Shown in pieces: positions 28,600 through 38,066 of a stretch of 64,000 nucleotides of DNA. Position numbers and translations under genes: made by a program. Under the pieces are notes generated by a model. The model was not told where the DNA came from and did not search any database. It was given only the letters and a program-made list of their open reading frames with translations. Origin of the DNA: Parvibaculum sp. (GTDB lineage Bacteria; Pseudomonadota; Alphaproteobacteria; Parvibaculales; Parvibaculaceae); NCBI GenBank assembly GCA_013823365.1, contig PNMC01000002.1, positions 504 through 64,503 on the forward strand, in the 5' to 3' direction. The number at the start of each line of letters is the position of its first letter. Within the stretch, counting starts at the first letter, position 1.

Positions 28600-29502
28600 T
28601 CAGGGGGCGATGCGCGTGCCCGAACTTCCGTCCAGGACGGCCTGCGCATCTCCAAGCGTTCCGATAAAGGCGGGGTGGCCCGTCTCAAGCGCAAAGCGCC
28701 GGACAGCCTCGATCTTGGGCCGCATGGAGCCTTCGGCGAAGGCAGATGGGTCGAGATGGCGCGCATCTATGGCGGGAATGCGCCGCTTCGCGGGTGTCTC
28801 CCAGCCCTCATAGACGCCGTCGACATCGGTGAGGATCAGCAGCGCATCCGCCTTGAGCTCTATGGCGAGAAGGCATGCCGCGAGATCCTTGTCGATGACG
28901 GCCTCCACGCCCTCAGGCGCGCCGCCGGCACCCGCGCGGACCGGGATGCCGCCCCCGCCTGCGCAGATGACGAGACAGCTTGCTTCGACCAGCTTCCGGA
29001 TCGCGCCGATCTCGACGATGTGGCGCGGCGCGGGGGAGGCGACGACGCGACGCCAGCCCTTTCCGTCGCGCGCGATCGTCCAGCCGCGCTCCGCGGCAAG
29101 CGCCTTCGCTGCCGTCTCGTCATAGACGGGACCAATCGGCTTTGTCGGTCTTGTGAAGGCGGGATCTGCGGGATCGACCAGAGTCTGCGTGAGCACCGTG
29201 ACAATATCGCGTTCAGGCAGAACGCGGCGCATCGCCTCCTCGATGACGTAGCCGATCATGCCCTGCGACTCAGCTCCCAGCACGTCGAGGGGATAAGGCG
29301 GCGCGTCCTTGTAGGCGTCCGCCTCCAGCGCAAGAAGGCCGACCTGCGGCCCGTTGCCATGCACGAGAACCATTTCATGTTCTCGCGCAATTGCCGCGAG
29401 CGCGGCGGCCGCCTCGCCCATATTGCGGCGCTGATTGCCGATATCGAGCGTCTCGCCACGCTTGAGAAGCGCATTGCCGCCGATCGCGATCAATATCCGC
29501 AT
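28600..29502 (-). CDS. arcC: Carbamate kinase
   Basis: IAIGGNALL, HGNGPQVG, PTKPIGP, WRRVVASP, GGGGIPV, EAVIDKD and GSMRPKI motifs. Confidence 0.95.
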   Translation of the reverse strand: MRILIAIGGNALLKRGETLDIGNQRRNMGEAAAALAAIAREHEMVLVHGNGPQVGLLALEADAYKDAPPYPLDVLGAESQGMIGYVIEEAMRRVLPERDIVTVLTQTLVDPADPAFTRPTKPIGPVYDETAAKALAAERGWTIARDGKGWRRVVASPAPRHIVEIGAIRKLVEASCLVICAGGGGIPVRAGAGGAPEGVEAVIDKDLAACLLAIELKADALLILTDVDGVYEGWETPAKRRIPAIDARHLDPSAFAEGSMRPKIEAVRRFALETGHPAFIGTLGDAQAVLDGSSGTRIAP

Positions 29503-29506
29503 CGGC

Positions 29507-30616
29507 CTATGCTCCGCCCTTTCGGGGCGCCGGCTGCTGCTGGGTGATGCAGTGGATATTGCCGCCGCCGAGCAGGATTTCGCGCGCCGGAACGGGGATG
29601 ACCTGGCGATCCGGGAAGAGGTTGGAAATCTGCGCGATGGCATCGCCGTCGTGGCTGTCGCCAAAGACAGGCAGGGCGATCACACCATTCGCGATGTAGA
29701 AGTTCACATAAGAGGCGGCGAGCCGGGCACCGGGCAGACGCGGCTCCGTCCCCTCGACCACGTCGACGCCGCCGCTCTCCTCCTCCGTCATGAAGAGCGG
29801 GCCGGGCTGATGAAGCTTGTGGATTTCGAATTTCCGTCCGCGCGCATCGGTGGCGCGGGAGAGCCGCTCATAGGCATCGTGCGAAATCTCATATTGCGGG
29901 TCGGCAGGATCGTCGGTCCATGTGATGAGGACGACGCCGGGGCGGACAAAGCAGCAGAGATTGTCGACATGACCGTCGGTTTCATCATTGAATACGCCGC
30001 GGCCGAGCCAGACGGTCTTTTCAATGCCGAGATAATCGGCCAGCACGCGCTCAATTTCTTCGCGGGAGAGGCCGGGGTTGCGGTTCCGGTTGAGCAGACA
30101 TTCCTCGGTGGTGATGAGCGTACCTTCTCCGTCCACGTGAATGGAGCCGCCTTCGAGAACGACGGGCGCGCGGTAACGGCTCACGCGCTCTATCTCGGCC
30201 ACCTTGGAGGCAACGAGGTCGTCCTGATCCCACGGGAAATATAGGCCGCCTTCGAGGCCGCCCCAGGCATTGAAGACCCAGTCCACGGCGCGGACTTCGC
30301 CTGCCGCATCGACGACGAAAGTGGGACCGCAATCGCGCATCCATGAATCGTCATTGGAAATTTCCACGACACGCACTTCTGCGGGCAGCATGGCCCGGGC
30401 ATTGGCGAACTGGCGCGGCGAGACGCCGACCGTTACCGGTTCGCCGTGTGAGATGGCCGATGCAACCGCGACGAAAGCCCGTTGCGCCGGCTTTGCGCCG
30501 AGACGCCAGTTATCCGGCCGCTCCGGCCAGAGCATCCATGTTCCGGCATGTGGCTCGAATTCGCCGGGCATGCGGAAGCCGTCGTCCCTTGGCATGCTTT
30601 CCAGCAACCGCACCAT
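29507..30616 (-). CDS. aguA: Agmatine deiminase
   Basis: [49 protein letters not shown] and [11 protein letters not shown] motifs. Confidence 0.96.
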   Translation of the reverse strand: MVRLLESMPRDDGFRMPGEFEPHAGTWMLWPERPDNWRLGAKPAQRAFVAVASAISHGEPVTVGVSPRQFANARAMLPAEVRVVEISNDDSWMRDCGPTFVVDAAGEVRAVDWVFNAWGGLEGGLYFPWDQDDLVASKVAEIERVSRYRAPVVLEGGSIHVDGEGTLITTEECLLNRNRNPGLSREEIERVLADYLGIEKTVWLGRGVFNDETDGHVDNLCCFVRPGVVLITWTDDPADPQYEISHDAYERLSRATDARGRKFEIHKLHQPGPLFMTEEESGGVDVVEGTEPRLPGARLAASYVNFYIANGVIALPVFGDSHDGDAIAQISNLFPDRQVIPVPAREILLGGGNIHCITQQQPAPRKGGA

Positions 30617-30634
30617 GGCGCTCTCCCTTTCCGT

Positions 30635-32032
30635 TCAGCCGCCGTTTCCTCTACCGGCGCGGCGTACGAGAATTTCGCCCACCGCCACGGTAACAACGAC
30701 CCCTGCGATGATCGACGCGGCATAGACCGGATCGAATTCCCCGGGGGTGTAGATGAAGAAAACGATCGCCTGAACGATGAAGGCCATGCAGAGCAGTCCC
30801 AGCGCGATGGCGACCCCGTGCCCACCCGGTACGCGATAGGGCCTTGGACGATCCGCATCGATACGGCGGAGCCGCAGGAAGGTGAGGAACATGGCAAGGT
30901 ATGGGAGGAGGAAAATGATCGAGGAGAAGGCGAAGAGCGTCCAGAACAGGTCCTCGGCATCGGCGGCCAGGAAGCCGTAGATCACGATAACGGCTGTCGT
31001 CACCACGCCCGTCACGATGGCGGCATTGGCCGGCGTCTTGTGCTCGGGGTGAAGGCGCGCGAACATGCCAGGCAGATTGCCGTCGAGCGCCGCTTCTGCG
31101 GCGGAGCGGTTTGCCCCCATGGTCCAGGTGACCATATTGGCGAGGAAGGAGTAGAGCGCCATCACGCCGAAAAGGATCACCAGCACGCCGCCAAGGCCGC
31201 CCTCACCGAGCAGGACGCGCAATGTGTCAACGATGCCGCTGACGAGGTTGATTTCGTCCAGAGGAAGCGCAATCAGAATGCCGATCGTGGCGAAAAGATA
31301 GAATGCAGCGATCAGAATGCCCGAGACCGCGATGGTCAGCGGAACGTCACGCGCCGGGTTCTTCATTTCGGCGCTCGCACCCGACATGAGCTCGAAGCCC
31401 ATGAAGTTGTAGACGATGACCGGCAGGAAGGCGAGCGTAACGCCCCAGCTGGGCGCCATGCTCGAAAGCGAAAGTTCGTTTGCAACACCGTGATTTGCGG
31501 CATAGACGAAGCCGCCAATACCGATGACCAGCATGATCGCGACCTTGAAGACCGCGCCGAGGTTGGGCACCCATTTGCCGACATCAAGCCGGACGATGTT
31601 GATCCAGACGGTGAGCCAGGTCAGCGCGATAGCGATGGCGATCTGCGTCCAGAGGCCGAGGTCCGGCATGAAGAGCGCCGCAAATATGCCAGCGAAGAGA
31701 ATGAAAACCGAGGGCTGCCAGAGGGCGACGTTTATCCACCAGAGCCATGCGGTTCGCCCGCCCCAACGGGCGCCGAAGGCGCGGCGCACCCAGGCATAGA
31801 TGCCGCCCTGGTCCGGATAGGTGCTGCCGAGTTCGGCCGTGATAAGGCCATAGGGAATGAAGAAGAAGATCATCGTGAAAATCCACCAGAAGACGGCCTG
31901 GGGGCCGATCGCGGCCGAAGCCGCGAGCTGGTCGATCACGAGAATGGCGCAGACCGTGAACAGCGTCAGGTCGAGACCGCGCATGACTTTCTTGTAGCCG
32001 CGAGGCTGGGCGGAAGCGGAGATATCGGCCAT
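30635..32032 (-). CDS. APC-family permease, probable agmatine:putrescine antiporter (AguD-like)
   Basis: About 12 TM helices; AELGSTYPDQGGIYAWV and GFELMS motifs; lies between the carbamoyltransferase and aguA. Confidence 0.88.
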   Translation of the reverse strand: MADISASAQPRGYKKVMRGLDLTLFTVCAILVIDQLAASAAIGPQAVFWWIFTMIFFFIPYGLITAELGSTYPDQGGIYAWVRRAFGARWGGRTAWLWWINVALWQPSVFILFAGIFAALFMPDLGLWTQIAIAIALTWLTVWINIVRLDVGKWVPNLGAVFKVAIMLVIGIGGFVYAANHGVANELSLSSMAPSWGVTLAFLPVIVYNFMGFELMSGASAEMKNPARDVPLTIAVSGILIAAFYLFATIGILIALPLDEINLVSGIVDTLRVLLGEGGLGGVLVILFGVMALYSFLANMVTWTMGANRSAAEAALDGNLPGMFARLHPEHKTPANAAIVTGVVTTAVIVIYGFLAADAEDLFWTLFAFSSIIFLLPYLAMFLTFLRLRRIDADRPRPYRVPGGHGVAIALGLLCMAFIVQAIVFFIYTPGEFDPVYAASIIAGVVVTVAVGEILVRRAGRGNGG

Positions 32033-32095
32033 TGTTTTTTCCCCGATATGTGGAAGCCGGTTGGTTTCGGCAGGCGACCTGCCGTCTCTCACGCA

Positions 32096-33106
32096 TCACA
32101 AAAAGTCGGACAGAAAATCCTCGGCTATGCCGCGATGGCGGGCAAGCAATGCATCCGAAGGCCTCTTCAACCGCGGATAAACGAACCAGACAAGCAGGGC
32201 CTTCTCGGTATGCAACCGGTTTTCGGACTGATCGAGAATGATCGATTGAGGCCCATCCATGACCTCGTCCGTGGCTTCGACGCCACGCGAGGCAGGGAGG
32301 CAATGCATGAAGCGGGCGCTTGCCGGCGCATGAGCCATGAGCGCGGCATTCACCTGATATTTCGGCATGAAGGCCGCCTGGCGGTCGGGTATTTCGCTCT
32401 CCTGACCGATCCACCACCAGAGGTCGGTATAGACAAAGTCTGCATCGGCGACGGCGGCGACGGGGTCTTCCGTGAACGCGATCCTTGCGCCCGATTCGGC
32501 ACAGGCTTCCCGAACGGCCGCCCTCCTCTCTTCCGCAATCTGGTACTTCGCTGGTGCCGCCTGCGTGAAGGACATGCCGAGACGGGCGCAGATATGCATC
32601 AGAGAAACGCACACATTGGTCGCGTCTCCCACAAAGACGACCTTCAGCTCCTCAAGCTTCTTCTCCTTCGGCGCATGCTCCGTCATGGTGAAGACGTCGC
32701 AGAGCACCTGTGTCGGATGATTGAAATCGGTGAGACCATTGATGACGGGGACGGTGGCATATTTGGCGAGATCGAGAACCGTCTGGTGCTTCAGTGTTCG
32801 CGCCTCCACGACATCGACCATGCGAGAGACGACGCGCGCGGTATCGGCGATCGACTCGCGTGCACCGAGATGGATTTCACCGGGCCTGAGATAAAGCGCG
32901 TGGCCGCCAAGTTTCGTCATGGCCACTTCAAAGGAAACGCGGGTACGCGTCGAGGGCTCCTCGAAGATCATGCCGAGCGAAGCGCCGAACAGAAGACGCG
33001 GACAAGCGCCGTCTTTGTCGGCTCGCTTGAGAATGGAGGTCAGCTCCATCATTCGCAGCAATTCCTCTTTCGAGAAATCGAGCGTATGAATGAAATGCTT
33101 CATCAT
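32096..33106 (-). CDS. ptcA: Putrescine carbamoyltransferase (OTC family)
   Basis: STRTRVSFE, HPTQ and HCLP motifs; VGDATNVC and YTDLWW differ from the usual OTC motifs; operon context with aguA and carbamate kinase. Confidence 0.82.
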   Translation of the reverse strand: MMKHFIHTLDFSKEELLRMMELTSILKRADKDGACPRLLFGASLGMIFEEPSTRTRVSFEVAMTKLGGHALYLRPGEIHLGARESIADTARVVSRMVDVVEARTLKHQTVLDLAKYATVPVINGLTDFNHPTQVLCDVFTMTEHAPKEKKLEELKVVFVGDATNVCVSLMHICARLGMSFTQAAPAKYQIAEERRAAVREACAESGARIAFTEDPVAAVADADFVYTDLWWWIGQESEIPDRQAAFMPKYQVNAALMAHAPASARFMHCLPASRGVEATDEVMDGPQSIILDQSENRLHTEKALLVWFVYPRLKRPSDALLARHRGIAEDFLSDFL

Positions 33107-33280
33107 CCCGTCCCCCCTTTACCTTGCCGCGATCCCGCAGGATCATTCGCTTGCAAATAAAGGCTGCCTGATATTCATATTTTATGTGGGGATATTTGGC
33201 TCAACAAGAGAAGCCGCGTCAAGTTGGAAGCGCGGGTTGCGGCGTTTGCCCGCAGGTATGCGGGTCAGCAGGAGTTCTAA

Positions 33281-34153
33281 ATGACAGAGTTGACAGTAGC
33301 AGCAACGCAAATGGCTTGCAGCCGGGATCGCGACGAAAATATTGCGCGGGCGGAAAAACTGGTTCGGGCCGCCGCGGAGCGCGGTGCGAAAGTCGTGCTG
33401 CTGCAAGAACTTTTCGAGACGCCCTATTTCTGCAAGGACACCGAGCCGGACCTGATGCATCTCGCCTTGCCTGTCGGCGACAATCCCGCCGTGCAGCATA
33501 TGCGGGCACTCTCGGCGCAGTATGACATCGTCCTGCCGGTCTCGATCTACGAGCGCGCAAATATTGCGCAATACAATTCGCTCGTCATGATCGACAGCGG
33601 CGATATTCTCGGCATCTACCGCAAGTCGCATATTCCGGATGGGCCGGGCTACCGCGAGAAGTATTACTTCAACCCAGGGGATACAGGGTTCCATGTCTGG
33701 AACACCCGGCATGGACGCGTCGGCGCGGCCATCTGCTGGGATCAGTGGTTTCCGGAAGCGGCGCGCGTGCTTGCCCTGAAGGGAGCGGACGTCATTCTCT
33801 ATCCGACGGCCATCGGATCGGAGCCCCATGACGAGACCATCCATTCGCGGGATCACTGGCAGCGAACCATGCAGGGACATTCGGCGGCAAACCTCATTCC
33901 CGTCGTCGCTTCGAACCGCATCGGACGGGAGGAAGGCGAAAGCTGCGCCATCACCTTCTACGGTTCATCCTTCATCACGGATGCGACAGGCGCCAAGGTC
34001 GCCGAAGCGAGCGAGCATGAAGAGGAGATTCTCACCGCGACTTTCGATATCGAGCGCAATCGCCGCCAGCGCGTCAACTGGGGTGTGTTCCGCGACCGGC
34101 GGCCGGAGCTCTATAACGACCTTCTGACGCTGGACGGTTCGCAGCGCCGCTGA
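33281..34153 (+). CDS. aguB: N-carbamoylputrescine amidase (nitrilase superfamily)
   Basis: LQELFETPYFC, YRKSHIPDGPGYREKYYF, ICWDQWFPE, YPTAIGSEP and FRDRRPELY motifs. Confidence 0.95.
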   Translation: MTELTVAATQMACSRDRDENIARAEKLVRAAAERGAKVVLLQELFETPYFCKDTEPDLMHLALPVGDNPAVQHMRALSAQYDIVLPVSIYERANIAQYNSLVMIDSGDILGIYRKSHIPDGPGYREKYYFNPGDTGFHVWNTRHGRVGAAICWDQWFPEAARVLALKGADVILYPTAIGSEPHDETIHSRDHWQRTMQGHSAANLIPVVASNRIGREEGESCAITFYGSSFITDATGAKVAEASEHEEEILTATFDIERNRRQRVNWGVFRDRRPELYNDLLTLDGSQRR

Positions 34154-34156
34154 GTC

Positions 34157-34846
34157 TCAACCAAGCGCTATATCGGCAATGACGGGCAGATGATCCGATG
34201 CGGAAGCGGCTTCATGGTCGGTCCAGCTTGAGACGAACCGCGCCGGCGCGGAACAGTATATGCGGTCGAGGCGAAGCAGTGGCCAGGCCGCCGGAAAGGT
34301 GCGCAGCATCGTGCGTGCCGGCATGACGCGCTTGAGCCGCCGACGGACATGACCGAAGGCGAACCAGTCGTTGAAATCACCCATCGCGATGCAGGGGCCG
34401 TCTCCGGCTCGGGCGAGCACCGCAAGTCGCGCCGCCTGGGCCCGGCGCTCCAGTATGCTGAGGCCGAGATGCGTGGTGACGAGGCGGAACGTACCGTATG
34501 GCGCCTCCACATTCGCAATGATCGCGCAGCGTGGCTCGCGCGAGATGAAGGACAGATCCTCGACGCGAATATCGCCCAGCGGGAACCGGCTGATAACGCA
34601 ATGACCGTAATGCCCGTCTGGTGCGGAAATGGTGCGGGCTTCGGCGGCGTGCTCGCCGAGCGAGCGGCTGAGAAAGGCGACCGGCGCTGTCTCCCCCGCC
34701 CGTCCGCGCGAGTCGACCTCCTGAAGCGCTATCACATCCGGATCGTGCCTTTCGACCAGCCGAACGATACGCGCAAGATCGAACCGGCCATCGGAGCCGA
34801 TACCGCCGTGAATGTTCCAGCTCAGGAGACGGATCGTCTTTCGCAT
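34157..34846 (-). CDS. Endonuclease/exonuclease/phosphatase (EEP, YbhP-like) family protein
   Basis: LSWNIH, ALQEVD, THLGL, GDFNDW, LDRIY and SDHLPV motifs; TGATG coupling to the upstream PLD gene. Confidence 0.9.
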   Translation of the reverse strand: MRKTIRLLSWNIHGGIGSDGRFDLARIVRLVERHDPDVIALQEVDSRGRAGETAPVAFLSRSLGEHAAEARTISAPDGHYGHCVISRFPLGDIRVEDLSFISREPRCAIIANVEAPYGTFRLVTTHLGLSILERRAQAARLAVLARAGDGPCIAMGDFNDWFAFGHVRRRLKRVMPARTMLRTFPAAWPLLRLDRIYCSAPARFVSSWTDHEAASASDHLPVIADIALG

Positions 34847-37011
34847 CAATCCGTCTGCCGCCATTTTGTCACGATGTGCTGAAGCCCGAAGGCCAGTCCG
34901 ATCCAGCACAGGATCGCTGCGAGAACGATCGCGAGATCCGTCAGGGACGGGTCGGCCAGCAGGGCAAAGACGCGATCGCCCATCACCGACAGCACGATAA
35001 TGCCGGGTGCGAGGCCGAGGATCGTACCGAGCGTGTAGTCGAGCACGGGAATTCGGAGCGCGCCTGCAACGAGGTTCACCAGGGTGAAGGGCGCTATCGG
35101 CACAAGGCGAATGGCGGCCACGGCGGGCACGCCGCGCTTGCCGATGCCCTTGCCGATGCGGTTCATCCGGGGCCCCACAATATTGCGCAACATGTTCCGG
35201 CCAAGACCGCGGCCCGCGCCATAGGTTGCAAGTGCGCTCGACATGGACCCCACACCTGCGTAGAGGAGGCCCGGCCAAAGGCCGAAGGTGCCGGCGGTGA
35301 CGACGATCAACACGGTGAGAGGAAAGGCGATGAAGCCGCCAATGATGTAGATCGCGAGTACGACGGGCCCGGCAAAGGGGCTCGCGGCCATCTCGGCGAA
35401 TGTACCGCGCAATGTGTCGGCGTCTGCATATTCGGAGAGAGGCGTGTATTTCCAGACAAGACCGAGGGCGATAATGGCCAGCACCAGAATTGCCCCTTTT
35501 GCAAATCCCGAAAGGCCTTTCCGGCGGTCGGGGCTTGCCACGATGTCGGCGAGATGCTCGCCGGTGGCAATGGGCCGGCCTGGATCGGCGACGGCTTCGA
35601 TCGCCGCAAGTTCCTTCCGCGACGGCATGCCTTGATCCTCCACGGGGCGGAGTCCGCGGCGCTCGCAGGCGCAAGCATCCACAGCCGCAAAGAGCGATCC
35701 CTTGCTGTCTATGAAGGCGGACATTTCCTCTCTCGAGGCGCCGCAATGTTCGCCGAGCAGCGCCGACAGCGCCGCCGCGACGGCAGCGCGGTCATCGGCA
35801 TCCAATGCCTCTATGACGAGATCGCATTCGGAGTCCGTTCCCATCGAGCGGTTGCTGAGATTTGCCGATCCGACGCGGAGGAAGCGGTCGTCGACGATCG
35901 TCACCTTGGAATGAACCATGACGTCCGCCTCACCGCCCTTGCCCGCCACCCAGGGATAGACAAGGCGGGCGCGGGAAGCGACGTCTGCTTCCTCCAGAAT
36001 TCCCATGAAACGAATCCGCCCGGTGAGCATGGTCTGATGCTCGAGCCACGTGTTGTGCGTCATCGGCGCGACGAGAAGAAGTTCGAGCTCGGGTTTCTCG
36101 TTCATCCTCTTCGCCACCGCATGGGCGAAGTCGGTACAGGTCAGAAACTGGTTCTCGATATAGATCCAGCGATCCGCCTGCCGTACCATGTCGAAAAAGA
36201 GACGTTCGACCTCACGGCACTCAGGGCGTCCAAGGCCCGAGGCGACCGTGCGGGCGATACCGATATTGACCGAGGTCACGTCCGGCTCGACGCTTGCGGG
36301 CCAGGGGTCGGCTCGCCCGGGCGACAGGTCTATCTCTTCGCAGGCGGCGCGCTGCCAGCGATCCCGCACGAGATCGCAGAGCGCGGCGGCAGCGGCACCG
36401 TCCACCATCAGCTGAACATCGTGGAAGGGACGATAGGGCTTTCCGGCGGGGTCGACACGCAGCTCATTCGCCGGGTCGTGATCTCCCGTGTCCCATCGGC
36501 GGATCGTCACGTCGAGGCCGCCGGAGAAAGCGAGACGCCCGTCGATCACCACGATCTTCTGATGCTGCGATGCGCCGAGGGGCACGTCGTCGTCAAGGCA
36601 GAGGTCGATGTTCGATGGCGTCGTCCAGCGCAAGGGAATGGCGGGCAAGGCCTCGCGCTCCATGGCGTAAATGACGGAGTAATCCCAGAGCAGCAGATTG
36701 ATTTTCAGCAGGGGCTTTCGCTTTGCCAGCGCCGTGAGGAACTCTCCGAAGTTTTCGGGAAATTCATCCTCTACCTTGCCGGACGGACCGACAAGGCGCG
36801 TGCGGCTGTCGATGTCCCAGCCAACGATGGCAATGCTGCGTTCGGCTGCGATCATGGCTTGCCGCAGCGCCCCGAAATAATTGGCTCCGTCGACAAGCAG
36901 TGCGGCACGCTCCGCCTGCGCCACGCGCCAGACATTGTGGCCGGGGCGGAGAATGCTGCCGGACTCATCCTGTCCGGCAGCGGCCGGTGCTGGGTTTCCG
37001 CGAGGCGGCAT
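34846..37011 (-). CDS. Phospholipase D family protein fused to C-terminal VTT/DedA (TVP38) membrane domain
   Basis: Two HKD motifs (HQKIVVID, HSKVTIVD) and GSANLSNRS; hydrophobic C-terminus with RLVPIAPF. Confidence 0.9.
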   Translation of the reverse strand: MPPRGNPAPAAAGQDESGSILRPGHNVWRVAQAERAALLVDGANYFGALRQAMIAAERSIAIVGWDIDSRTRLVGPSGKVEDEFPENFGEFLTALAKRKPLLKINLLLWDYSVIYAMEREALPAIPLRWTTPSNIDLCLDDDVPLGASQHQKIVVIDGRLAFSGGLDVTIRRWDTGDHDPANELRVDPAGKPYRPFHDVQLMVDGAAAAALCDLVRDRWQRAACEEIDLSPGRADPWPASVEPDVTSVNIGIARTVASGLGRPECREVERLFFDMVRQADRWIYIENQFLTCTDFAHAVAKRMNEKPELELLLVAPMTHNTWLEHQTMLTGRIRFMGILEEADVASRARLVYPWVAGKGGEADVMVHSKVTIVDDRFLRVGSANLSNRSMGTDSECDLVIEALDADDRAAVAAALSALLGEHCGASREEMSAFIDSKGSLFAAVDACACERRGLRPVEDQGMPSRKELAAIEAVADPGRPIATGEHLADIVASPDRRKGLSGFAKGAILVLAIIALGLVWKYTPLSEYADADTLRGTFAEMAASPFAGPVVLAIYIIGGFIAFPLTVLIVVTAGTFGLWPGLLYAGVGSMSSALATYGAGRGLGRNMLRNIVGPRMNRIGKGIGKRGVPAVAAIRLVPIAPFTLVNLVAGALRIPVLDYTLGTILGLAPGIIVLSVMGDRVFALLADPSLTDLAIVLAAILCWIGLAFGLQHIVTKWRQTD

Positions 37012-37082
37012 GGAACTTCCCGCAGAGGTTGAGGTTATTCACCTACAACGCTCAAGTTGCGGAAAGTCTCCCAATCGGGTCT

Positions 37083-38054
37083 TCAAGGGCCCGGCGCGGC
37101 AAGAATGGTCCGGAAACCGAGATGCGTGGTCGCGAGGTCTTCTTCCTGCGGCTGACGCGCGCCCGGCCGGTAGCGTACGCAATATGACGGTGCGCAGAGC
37201 CATGAGCCGCCCTTGATGACTCGCATGCCCGGCGCGCCGGCGAACGGGTCCGTTGTCCATTCCCAGAGGTTGCCGATCATGTCGTAAAGACCGAGCGCAT
37301 TCGGCTTGAAGCAGCCAACGGGCGCTATGCCCGTGAAACCGTCTTCTGCGAGATTGATGACGGGGAAAAGTCCCTGCCACGTATTCGCTTCCTGCGGCTG
37401 GTCATGACGGTTCGGAGCATCGGGATCGGCTTCGCGCGAGGCCCATTCCCATTGCGCTTCGCTCGGCAGGCTCCGGCCCTTCCAGGCGGCATAGGCAACG
37501 GCGTCCCCATAGGCGATAGCGGTCACGGGAAAATGTTCCCTGCCCTCGATCGAGCTGCCCGGCCCGCCGGGGTGGCGCCAGTTCGCGCCCGGCACATATT
37601 GCCACCATTGCGCGATGTTACCGGACCCGTCCACCTTGTTCGGCATAACGAAGACGACCGCACCCGGCTTCTGCATGTCGGATGGCAGGCCCGGATGGAG
37701 CGCCGCATCCACCGGGCGCTCGGCGACTGTGACATAGCCCGTTGCCTCGACGAAGGCGGCAAATTCCGCGTTCGTCACTTCGGTACGGTCCATCCAGAAG
37801 CCTTCGACCTCGACTTCGCGCAGCGGCCGCTCTTCCGGGTAATATGTATCACCCATGATGAAGCGGCCGCCCGGCACCCAGACCATGCCCTCATGGGGCG
37901 ATGCTGCCGCAGGCTCCGCCAGATCGCAGCGGAGCGGACCCGCGGCGGCGAGCCGCGCAGCTTCCCGCCCGCCATAGACCCACAAGCCCGCTCCGAGCCC
38001 GGCAATCAGGGCGAGAGCGAGAACGCCCGTGAGCAAAAGCCTTCGCCGCGTCAT
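37083..38054 (-). CDS. Formylglycine-generating enzyme (SUMF1/FGE-sulfatase) family protein
   Basis: TEVTNAEF, LPSEAQWE, GLYDMIGNLWEW, KGGSWLCAPSYCVRYR (both Cys present) and HLGFR motifs. Confidence 0.9.
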   Translation of the reverse strand: MTRRRLLLTGVLALALIAGLGAGLWVYGGREAARLAAAGPLRCDLAEPAAASPHEGMVWVPGGRFIMGDTYYPEERPLREVEVEGFWMDRTEVTNAEFAAFVEATGYVTVAERPVDAALHPGLPSDMQKPGAVVFVMPNKVDGSGNIAQWWQYVPGANWRHPGGPGSSIEGREHFPVTAIAYGDAVAYAAWKGRSLPSEAQWEWASREADPDAPNRHDQPQEANTWQGLFPVINLAEDGFTGIAPVGCFKPNALGLYDMIGNLWEWTTDPFAGAPGMRVIKGGSWLCAPSYCVRYRPGARQPQEEDLATTHLGFRTILAAPGP

Positions 38055-38066
38055 CGTGCTTCCATC

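Noticed and set aside
32096-33106. Calling the carbamoyltransferase argF/arcB
   Set aside because: It lacks the typical OTC SMG loop motif, and its neighbours are agmatine deiminase pathway genes.
34157-35746. 529-aa version of the EEP ORF overlapping the PLD gene
   Set aside because: The upstream 300 aa are an out-of-frame read of the PLD-VTT gene. The domain starts at ATG 34846, coupled to the PLD stop.
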